From NCBI GenBank assembly GCA_964248365.1, contig CAXTYC010000036.1, forward strand, positions 1-52,749: DNA of 52,749 nucleotides, written 5' to 3'. The stretch comes from an uncultured Chroococcidiopsis sp. (GTDB lineage: Bacteria > Cyanobacteriota > Cyanobacteriia > Cyanobacteriales > Chroococcidiopsidaceae). Position numbers and translations under genes: made by a program. Every line of letters starts with the position of its first letter. The stretch's first letter is position 1. Below the pieces are notes generated by a model that did no database searches, was not told the DNA's origin, and saw nothing but the letters and a program-made list of their open reading frames with translations. Below, piece by piece: positions 29,532-37,789 of the stretch.

Positions 29532-31217
29532 CTAGTCATCATCTTCGGGCAACCTAAATTCTTGCTCTACCTTAAGTCCAGCTAGAAAATTCCGGTCTTC
29601 GCTAATGTGAGGAAATTTCAACTGAGAATCTGGAATTCCCTTTTCTAACTGGCGTTGACGCAGGATAGCAAAGCTCCCAGAAGACAAAATTCGCAGTCTA
29701 GGGGGTGGAATTGGATCTTTGCGACTAATTTCGTAGTGGGTGTTAGCTTCTTGGAGTCTGCGGTCAAAACTAGCTAGGAAGGCTTGGGGATCGTCAAGCT
29801 TATAACCTGGGGCTAGCTCAATGTTCGCCAGATATCGGGCGGGGAAATCATTCTCTGATAAGGTAATACAAAAATCTTCTAATGGTATGCTAAATTTCCG
29901 TTGCATGGCTTGCATTACCTGAGTAGCATGGGCTTCTGTTGTCTTCTCGGTTGTCGAAGAAATTAGCCCGCCTGTACGGTGACGAAAGACAATTAGGGGA
30001 GCTTGTTGATAAAAACCTAATACCTCGATCACATCGCCAATATCGTAACGATAGAATCCACCGTAACTAGTTATGAGGATGCGATAGCGTTCTCCTACCT
30101 TGACTTCGCTAGCCAGTAAAGTTTTAGGTTGCTCTACGTTCCACTGGTTTTCGGGAATAAATTCAAAAAATCCGCTTTCAATAGCCAGGATGCTACTATC
30201 ATTATCTACATCATGGTAGATGCCAAACATCCCTTCAGCGGATGAAAAAGCTGCGCCAAAAATGGGAGTATCTCCAAAGTAGGCTGGAAATCGCTCAAAG
30301 TAAAAGTCGGAAGTGCCACCCCTGGCATTTGCAATGAAAGAAAGATCAGACCAAGCGAGTTTGGGGGTAAGTCGTCCTTCTGATTTGAGGATTTCCCGCA
30401 GTTGATCCGCTCGAACCGGATTAGCTGACAGTTGCCGCTCTAATTTATACCGAATTTCTGGTTCTAATTCTAACCAATTGGCGATCGCTCCTTTTTCTAT
30501 ATCTCGGATCAGTTCTGAAGCATATTGTTCTAAATAGTTGCAGGTACGAAGGATCAGCATGGGGAAATTGGCAATCATTCCCCGCATCCTCGGTTCTTGC
30601 AATGCGAATAACAAACTAAGGTAGTGGCGAGTTGGACTATCTGCTACCGAGAGAGTTTCGTATGGGTTAGCAAACAATTGCTCGTAGAGTAATTTGTCCA
30701 TTTTTATCGCACCAGCACTAGCAGGTCCGTAAGGAATGTTTCCACTGGTACGCCCCCACAGTTCGGTTGAGTTGGTTACAAGCAGTTTGCCAAATTGTAG
30801 CCCTCTTGAATGCAGCGCCTCAATTAAAAAACCGATGCTAGTTAAGGTAGCCCTTCTAAAGGCATTTTGCGATCGCCTAGTGGTTGGAATCATTTTCTTC
30901 TTCCCTGTCGAGCCACTAGTCAGCGTCAAATAAACCACTGGTTGGGCAGTCAAAATATTTTGTTCGCCTTGGGCGATGCGCTCAAGTAATGGTTCATAGC
31001 TGCTATAAGGCAAAATCGGAATTCGTTCTCGAAATTGCTCAACTGTTTTGATTTCTCTTAACCGATATTTCTGCCCTAGTTCAGTATCTTGATGAGCTTG
31101 TAACAAATTGCATAAAAACTGCTCTTGCACTACCTGAGTCTGGAGAGTTTTTTTCACAAAATTTGATTTGGTAAGTCTAGCAGCACCCGTCAAAATTGGC
31201 AGTACGAAATTTGGCAT
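29532..31217 (-). CDS. GH3-family acyl-adenylating amido synthetase (paralog 1)
   Basis: LTSGSTGKKKMIP, FSSAEG, FFEFIP, FYRYDIGD. Confidence 0.93.
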   Translation of the reverse strand: MPNFVLPILTGAARLTKSNFVKKTLQTQVVQEQFLCNLLQAHQDTELGQKYRLREIKTVEQFRERIPILPYSSYEPLLERIAQGEQNILTAQPVVYLTLTSGSTGKKKMIPTTRRSQNAFRRATLTSIGFLIEALHSRGLQFGKLLVTNSTELWGRTSGNIPYGPASAGAIKMDKLLYEQLFANPYETLSVADSPTRHYLSLLFALQEPRMRGMIANFPMLILRTCNYLEQYASELIRDIEKGAIANWLELEPEIRYKLERQLSANPVRADQLREILKSEGRLTPKLAWSDLSFIANARGGTSDFYFERFPAYFGDTPIFGAAFSSAEGMFGIYHDVDNDSSILAIESGFFEFIPENQWNVEQPKTLLASEVKVGERYRILITSYGGFYRYDIGDVIEVLGFYQQAPLIVFRHRTGGLISSTTEKTTEAHATQVMQAMQRKFSIPLEDFCITLSENDFPARYLANIELAPGYKLDDPQAFLASFDRRLQEANTHYEISRKDPIPPPRLRILSSGSFAILRQRQLEKGIPDSQLKFPHISEDRNFLAGLKVEQEFRLPEDDD

Positions 31218-31492
31218 AAATTCTCTTAATAGTTACCAAGAATGCTTTTTATGAAGCAGCAACTTTTATAGATTACTGTGGGATTGTCAAGAACTAAAAA
31301 AGTAGACTGCTCCAAAACTGTACTCTATGCAACCATAATTTGTGCCATAAAACTTGACTTGTTGTGGGGCGATCGCATGGACGATACGCTTTCATTGCCG
31401 TAAACTGCTTTAGATCTAGGTCAATCTTTCCAAGATCTTGACTTTTGCTGTCTAGAGTGAAACTACAAACCAAAATGAACAGGTTTCACACC

Positions 31493-31903
31493 ATGAAAAC
31501 TTCAAGCAAAATTATTCTGGCAGCAGCTAGTGTTGGTATTTTGAGCTTGGGTGTTGATCTGCAAACTGTATATGCCATAAAGCCCCAATCTCAGGCGAAA
31601 ATAATGCCTCAGTCTCACAGCACTACACAAGTTGCCGAGCCTAGTGATGGTGATGGAGAGGAGAATGACGCTACAGAAGCTCCAGAGCAGGTGAAACAGC
31701 CTGAGCGCACTAATAGCAGTATCCCAATAAAAATACAAGAGGCAAATAATAGCACCCGAAGGCAGAATGATACCAAAAATGCTCTTGAACGGGTAAAACA
31801 CAATCAATCCCAAGCAGCGACTAATTTTAACAGCAAAAACCAAGATGATGGTGGTTATGATGCCCCTAATGATGCTGACAGTACCCATGAAGATGCACAT
31901 TAG
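31493..31903 (+). CDS. secreted low-complexity acidic protein
   Basis: Signal-peptide-like MKTSSKIILAAASVGILSLG; DGDGEEND and QDDGGYDAPND acidic motifs. Confidence 0.7.
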   Translation: MKTSSKIILAAASVGILSLGVDLQTVYAIKPQSQAKIMPQSHSTTQVAEPSDGDGEENDATEAPEQVKQPERTNSSIPIKIQEANNSTRRQNDTKNALERVKHNQSQAATNFNSKNQDDGGYDAPNDADSTHEDAH

Positions 31904-32104
31904 AGCAAAAACTATAACTTTAGCTATTGTGTCGCCTTGATTGCTTAGCTAATTGAATACCTGGTTTTGGGATTATTCTATATTCCCCGTTGAGTAATCC
32001 CAATCAAAAATCTCTGTTGAGAACTATCTATAAAAAAATCAGAGCTAGCTTTTCCACATCTACCTTTAGCAATACTTTATTAATTTTGATTTGTGAAATT
32101 TACA

Positions 32105-32319
32105 GTAGGGTGGACATTGCCCACTCTTTCTGAGAATGGTGGGCATGGGTGGCAAACTATAGCACTCTCTTTTGAATTGTGAAAACAATTATCAATTATC
32201 AATGAATAATCAACAATTGATAATTGATATAGTCATTTGTTAAGAACAAAAGACACTCGTACTATTGACGCGCTTACAACCAGCATGAAATATTTCACAA
32301 ATCCTAAGCTTTGCTATAG
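32105..32319. mobile_element. REP-like palindrome followed by a MITE-like element
   Basis: GTAGGGTGGACATTGCCCAC at 32105; bipartite inverted ends CTATAGCA-N12-TTGTGAAA (32157-32184) and TTTCACAA-N11-TGCTATAG (32293-32319) enclosing CAATTAT/AATTGAT heptamers. Confidence 0.65.
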
Positions 32320-32346
32320 CAAATTATTAATATAAAGATGACGTTA

Positions 32347-34035
32347 TTAATTATCATCCTCCGGTAGGCTAAATGTTTGCTCTACTACTAGTCCAGCTAA
32401 AAAATTTCGGTCTTCGCTAATATGAGGAAACTTCAACTGCGAATCTGGAATTCCCTTATGTAGTTGGCGCTGGCGGAGTTTAGCAAAACTCCCAGGTTCT
32501 AAAATTCGCAGTCGGGGAGGCGGAACCTCATCTCGGCGTTTAACTTCATAATTCGCGTGCATTTCTTTCAGTTTACGATCAAAGCTAGCTAGAAAGTCTT
32601 GAGGATGGCTGAGTGTTTGACCTGACGTAAGTTCAATATTAACAAGATAGTGAGCCGGAATAACATCTTCAGATAAAGTAATACAAAAATCTTCTAGAGA
32701 TAGGCTAAATTCTTGTTGGAGAGCTTGCATTACCTGAGTCACATGAAATTCATTGGTTTTCTCAGTAGTAGAAGAAAATAGTCCGCCGCGACGGTGACGA
32801 AATACGAGCAGGGGAGTTTGTTCATAGAATCCCACTACTTCCACAACATCGCCAATATCGTAACGGTAGAAACCGCTATAATTTGTCATCAATATTCGAT
32901 AGTATTCTCCTGATTTGACTTCCTGAGCTAATAAAGTTTTAGGATGTTCTACTTCCCACTGCTCTTGTGGGATAAATTCAAAAAAGCCGCTTTCAATTGC
33001 TAGAATGCTGCCATCGTTGTTCAAAGCGTGGTTAATTCCAAAAGTACCCTCTGCCGATGAGTAAACTGCACCAAAACCTGGGGTGTCTTCAAAGTAGCTG
33101 GGAAATCTTTCAAAGTAAAAATCTGACGTGCCACCACGAGCAGTTACAACAAATGATAAATTTTTCCAAACCTTTTTTGGTGTAAGTTTTCCTTCTGATT
33201 TACAGATTTCTTTTAATTGCTTAGCTCGGAAGGGATTAGCTGTCAAACGCTGCTCTAAAAGAATTTTCAGTTTTGGTTCCAATTTTAACTCTTTTGCTAT
33301 AGTTCCTGTTTCTAAATCATAAAGCAACTCTTCGGCATACTGCTCTAAGTAACTACAGGTTCGCAAAACAAGCATAGGAAAATTGGCTCCCATTCCTCTG
33401 GTTTCCGGCGCTTGCAAGGCAAATAGTAGACAAAGATAATGGCGAGTAAAACTATCAGTTGGTAGTAAGGTTTCGTAAGGATGGGCAAATAGTTGCTCGT
33501 AAAGAAATTTACCCATTCGCAACACTCCCACGCTGGCTGGACCATACTCAATACCGCCACTGGTGCGCCCCAAAACTTCTACTGAGTTCGTCGCTAAAAG
33601 TTTACCAAATTGTAGTTCTCTTGCTTGTAATGACTCGGTTAAAAATCCTATGCTGGTTAAATTAGCTTGTCGCAATGAGTTGTAAAATCGCCGCGTGACC
33701 GGAATTATTTTTTTCTTGCCAGTTGAGCCACTAGTGTGGTTGAAATAAACTACCCGCTCGGCTGTGAGAATATTTTTTTCACCTTTGGCAATGCGTTCTA
33801 TATAAGGTTCATAGTTACTGTAAGGTAAAACAGGAATCTGCTCTCGAAATTTATCAATAGTTTTGATATCCTTAAGTTTATATTTGTTACCTAGTTCTGT
33901 ATTTTTATGAGCTTGTAACAACTTGACTAAAAACTGCTCCTGCACTGTCGGGCAATAGCGAGTTTTTTGGACGAAATTCACTCTAGCTCGTTGAGCAATA
34001 GTCGATAAAATTGGTAGCAATAAATTTGCTATCAT
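32347..34035 (-). CDS. GH3-family acyl-adenylating amido synthetase (paralog 2)
   Basis: HTSGSTGKKKIIP, YSSAEG, FFEFIP, FYRYDIGD; collinear with paralog 1. Confidence 0.93.
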   Translation of the reverse strand: MIANLLLPILSTIAQRARVNFVQKTRYCPTVQEQFLVKLLQAHKNTELGNKYKLKDIKTIDKFREQIPVLPYSNYEPYIERIAKGEKNILTAERVVYFNHTSGSTGKKKIIPVTRRFYNSLRQANLTSIGFLTESLQARELQFGKLLATNSVEVLGRTSGGIEYGPASVGVLRMGKFLYEQLFAHPYETLLPTDSFTRHYLCLLFALQAPETRGMGANFPMLVLRTCSYLEQYAEELLYDLETGTIAKELKLEPKLKILLEQRLTANPFRAKQLKEICKSEGKLTPKKVWKNLSFVVTARGGTSDFYFERFPSYFEDTPGFGAVYSSAEGTFGINHALNNDGSILAIESGFFEFIPQEQWEVEHPKTLLAQEVKSGEYYRILMTNYSGFYRYDIGDVVEVVGFYEQTPLLVFRHRRGGLFSSTTEKTNEFHVTQVMQALQQEFSLSLEDFCITLSEDVIPAHYLVNIELTSGQTLSHPQDFLASFDRKLKEMHANYEVKRRDEVPPPRLRILEPGSFAKLRQRQLHKGIPDSQLKFPHISEDRNFLAGLVVEQTFSLPEDDN

Positions 34036-34304
34036 TTCCTCGCACCTATAGGAAGACTAGTGTATTTACGTAATAGCTCTAATGAATGTAGGTGAAATGT
34101 GGATGTTCCTTGTGAAAAATGAGGTAACAAGAATTTTTATTTCAGTTTTGGCATATTTTACTATAGCGATCGCAAGAGTGAGCAGGAATAGAAAACAAAA
34201 TATTCGCCACACTAAAAATATGTTGTAAGATTACCATCTAATCAAATAGGATATAAAAATATAAATTGTGGGTTGCCAGATAGAAAAGGTGTGATTGAGG
34301 AGGA

Positions 34305-34796
34305 GTGATGCCCGCTTTAGGTGTAGGCTGTTTTATTCTGGCGTTTGTCTTTGCTAGTTTAGTCGAATATTGGCTACATCGCCTAATGCACGTCTCGCCA
34401 CGAATTGGCGAACGACACCGCGATCATCATCGCCGCAACGAAGGACAAGGCGTGATTTGGGAGTTTCGGGATTATGTTCAGGGTAGCTCTATAGCGATGT
34501 TTGCTATGTTCTTTTACTCGCTAGAAGCTGGTATCGGCTGGTTTTTGGGAGCGTTATGCTTTGCTGCTTTTTCTGCCTATGCTCATCAATTGCAGCATGA
34601 GAATCCGACAAAGTGCTTTTGGATGAAGATGCCAGTCCACTACGTACATCATAAATACGGTATGTGGCATCACAACTTTGGTTTAGCCGTAGACTGGTGG
34701 GATCGGGTTTTTGGTACTTACAAGCCTGTGGAATGGCTCACGCAAGAGGAACTTAATCAGCCTGAACGGAGTTATTTGCAGTTGCGTTGGTGGTGA
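34305..34796 (+). CDS. fatty acid hydroxylase / sterol desaturase family protein
   Basis: Four His boxes HRLMH, HRDHH, HQLQH, HYVHH plus NFG...WWDRVFGT; GAGGAG RBS. Confidence 0.92.
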   Translation: MMPALGVGCFILAFVFASLVEYWLHRLMHVSPRIGERHRDHHRRNEGQGVIWEFRDYVQGSSIAMFAMFFYSLEAGIGWFLGALCFAAFSAYAHQLQHENPTKCFWMKMPVHYVHHKYGMWHHNFGLAVDWWDRVFGTYKPVEWLTQEELNQPERSYLQLRWW

Positions 34797-34934
34797 CAAA
34801 GGGTGGCTAGTGGAACCAGTGGCTGGTGGCTAGAAAACTAGTTTACCAGGCTGAGCTTGGTCACGTTAGTTACTCAGCTAGCGCCTAGTAACTAGGATTA
34901 TGACCCTGGTAAGTAGGATTATCTAAGATGGCGT

Positions 34935-34967
34935 AAAAAAAACAACAGCGGCGAGCGCTGTTGTTTT
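34935..34967. terminator. bidirectional intrinsic terminator between the convergent desaturase and clpC genes
   Basis: AAAACAACAGCG-GCGAG-CGCTGTTGTTTT perfect 12-bp stem with A and T runs. Confidence 0.8.
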
Positions 34968-35019
34968 ATAGTATTCCTCTGGCTATCAGGGAGAGCCTGG
35001 TAGCAAGGTATAAGCAATA

Positions 35020-37506
35020 TTAGCCTACTGATGAGAGTAACAACTGCTTCTGTTCAGACTTGACTACCTTGACTTGACCTTTATCATCAACGTCAACAAA
35101 GGCTGTGTCACCTTCTTTGATTTGACTGGACAACATTGCTTCAGCCAAGGAATCTTCTAAGAGTCGCATAATCGCCCGACGTAGGGGTCTAGCACCGTAG
35201 CTGGGGTTATAGCCTTCTTCTACCACCAAGTCTTTGAAGCGATCGCTCACTTCTAGGGTAATAGCTCTATCCGCTAAACGGGTGGAGACTTCGCGTAACA
35301 TAATGTCAGCGATTTGCTTCACTTCTTGCTTGTTTAGCTGACGGAAGACGATGATTTCGTCTAGGCGGTTGAGGAACTCAGGGCGGAAGTGTTGCTTGAG
35401 TTCTTCATTCACTAAAGAGCGAATGCGCGAGTAGTTAGCACCAGAAGAATTGTTGGACAACTCAAAGCCAAGTCCACCGCCGCCTTTCTCAATCACTCTA
35501 GAACCAATGTTAGAGGTGAGAATTATTAGCGTGTTCTTAAAGTCTACTGTGCGTCCTTTGGCATCAGTCAAACGACCGTCATCCAACAGTTGCAGCAGCA
35601 TATTGAACACGTCGGGATGTGCTTTCTCGATCTCGTCGAACAGCACGACGGTATAAGGTTTACGACGCACTGCTTCGGTTAACTGACCACCTTCGTCATA
35701 ACCCACATAACCAGGAGGCGAACCAATCAGCTTAGAAACAGTATGACTTTCCATGAATTCCGACATATCTAGCCGGATCATTGCTTCCTCGGAACCGAAG
35801 AAGTAGGAGGCGAGGGCTTTAGCCAATTCTGTCTTACCTACTCCAGTAGGACCAGAGAAGATGAAGCTAGCAATGGGTCGGTCGGGACTCTTCAAACCTA
35901 CTCTTGCCCGACGAATTGCTTTTGATACTGCTGTAACTGCTTCCTCTTGACCAATGAGTCGCTGATGTAGGGTGTCTTCCAAGTGCAGCAACAACTCAGA
36001 TTCAGATTCAGTCAGCTTGTTAACAGGTACGCCTGTCCATGAAGAGACAATGTGAGCGATGTCTTCTTCATCAACAACAGGTACGTTTTTGACAGTTTGT
36101 GCCTCTTGCTTTTTGTTTTCGGCGATCGCCTGCAATTGTTTTTCAATTTCTAGCTCACGATCGCGCAACTTACCAGCGGTATCAAAATCTTGCGCTTTGA
36201 CTGCTGCTTCTTTTTCTTTTGTTACTTTGTTCTGCTCTTGCTTGAGTTCCTTAACTTCCGATGGCTGCTTTGAGTTTCTGAACCGGACGCGAGAACCAGC
36301 CTCATCGATCAAGTCAATTGCCTTATCGGGCAAAAAGCGGTCAGAGATGTATCTATCTGAGAGTTTAGCCGCAGCTTCTAGGGCAGCATCAGAGATTTGT
36401 ACTTTGTGGTGTTGCTCGTAGCGATCGCGCAATCCATGCAAAATCTCGATGGTTTCCTCTACCGTTGGCTCACCCACCATAATTGGCTGGAAACGACGCT
36501 CTAAAGCTGCATCACGCTCGATGTGCTTGCGGTATTCATCCAGGGTAGTTGCGCCTAAGCACTGTAATTCACCTCTTGCCAATGCTGGTTTGAGCAGGTT
36601 AGCAGCGTCCATGCCGCCTTCTACTCCACCTGCACCAATCAAGTTGTGGATTTCATCTATCACTAGGATGATATTACCAGCCGAGCGAATCTCATCCATG
36701 ATTGCTTTGATGCGCTCTTCAAAGTCACCACGATAGCGAGTACCTGCTACTAAGGAACCCATAGCTAGGCTGATGACTTGCTTGTCTTCGAGAATATCGG
36801 GAACATCTTGATTGACAATGCGCTGAGCTAAACCTTCTGCGATCGCTGTTTTACCAACTCCTGGCTCTCCAATCAAGACAGGGTTATTCTTAGTCCGGCG
36901 ACCCAAAATTTGTACTGCACGTTCAATTTCTTTGTGACGACCAACTACAGGGTCAAGCTTACCTTCAGCTGCCAGACGAGTTAAATTAGTGCCAAATTCG
37001 TCTAAAGTCGCTGTCTTGGTATTGGAATTAGCGCCACGTCGCTGTTGTCTACCAGTACCTGCAACGGTTGCTACTTCTCCCAGCTTGCGAATCACCTCGC
37101 CACGGGCAAGCTCTGGGTCAACATCCAAATTTACTAGTACTTTCGCTGCTACACCTTCTCCTTCGCGGAGTAATCCTAATAACAGGTGTTCAGGTCCAAT
37201 GTAATTATGTCCCAACCCACGAGCTTCTGTGAAAGCTTGCTCAAAAACGCGCTTAGCTTTGGGAGTAAAGGGAATTTCAGATGGAACAGGACGATTTCCC
37301 CGACCGATAATTTTTTCTACTTCTTTGCGGGCATTTTGGAGAGTAACACCCAGCTCGGTTAGCACCTTAGCTGCTACTCCCGTGCCTTCTCCAATCAATC
37401 CTAGTAGAATTTGCTCGGTTCCTACAAAATTATGTCCCAGACGACGTGCCTCTTCCTGGGATAGCATTACTGCTTTAATGGCTTTATCTGTAAAGTGTTC
37501 AAACAT
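35020..37506 (-). CDS. clpC: ATP-dependent Clp protease ATP-binding subunit (ClpC family, probably a paralog)
   Basis: MFEHFT N-domain repeats, GEPGVGKT and GPTGVGKT Walker A motifs, UVR coiled coil, LGF ClpP-docking loop. Confidence 0.93.
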   Translation of the reverse strand: MFEHFTDKAIKAVMLSQEEARRLGHNFVGTEQILLGLIGEGTGVAAKVLTELGVTLQNARKEVEKIIGRGNRPVPSEIPFTPKAKRVFEQAFTEARGLGHNYIGPEHLLLGLLREGEGVAAKVLVNLDVDPELARGEVIRKLGEVATVAGTGRQQRRGANSNTKTATLDEFGTNLTRLAAEGKLDPVVGRHKEIERAVQILGRRTKNNPVLIGEPGVGKTAIAEGLAQRIVNQDVPDILEDKQVISLAMGSLVAGTRYRGDFEERIKAIMDEIRSAGNIILVIDEIHNLIGAGGVEGGMDAANLLKPALARGELQCLGATTLDEYRKHIERDAALERRFQPIMVGEPTVEETIEILHGLRDRYEQHHKVQISDAALEAAAKLSDRYISDRFLPDKAIDLIDEAGSRVRFRNSKQPSEVKELKQEQNKVTKEKEAAVKAQDFDTAGKLRDRELEIEKQLQAIAENKKQEAQTVKNVPVVDEEDIAHIVSSWTGVPVNKLTESESELLLHLEDTLHQRLIGQEEAVTAVSKAIRRARVGLKSPDRPIASFIFSGPTGVGKTELAKALASYFFGSEEAMIRLDMSEFMESHTVSKLIGSPPGYVGYDEGGQLTEAVRRKPYTVVLFDEIEKAHPDVFNMLLQLLDDGRLTDAKGRTVDFKNTLIILTSNIGSRVIEKGGGGLGFELSNNSSGANYSRIRSLVNEELKQHFRPEFLNRLDEIIVFRQLNKQEVKQIADIMLREVSTRLADRAITLEVSDRFKDLVVEEGYNPSYGARPLRRAIMRLLEDSLAEAMLSSQIKEGDTAFVDVDDKGQVKVVKSEQKQLLLSSVG

Positions 37507-37789
37507 TAACGGGCTACCTCTACCGAGCTGTTTGAGAAATAGGTGAAATATTGTCACCCCTACATAAACTTTTATGTAGTTTCTTCAGCTAATGTATCTT
37601 TTTCAAGTATAAGTCAGCAGTGGGAAGAGCCGTAATAGACAGGGTGTAGTAGCCGTCTTTTATAGGGGCTAGGGGCTTTGGCGTAGGGGATAGGGAGAGA
37701 GAGGGGGAGAGTGGGAGCAATGAACAATGAACAATGAACAATTGATAATTGATAATTGTTTGCTTTTCCCTTTTCCTAGTCCCCAGCCC

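Noticed and set aside
29532..34035. Auxin conjugation or plant-derived gene transfer implied by the GH3 family name
   Set aside because: The name reflects plant members only; nothing in the sequence indicates IAA as substrate, and GH3 paralog 1 carries HIP1 like native DNA.
35450..37546. Antisense ORFs inside clpC, and similar ones inside ctaA, the GH3 genes, the Rieske gene, mutL and ccmK
   Set aside because: Shadow frames opposite well-supported genes.
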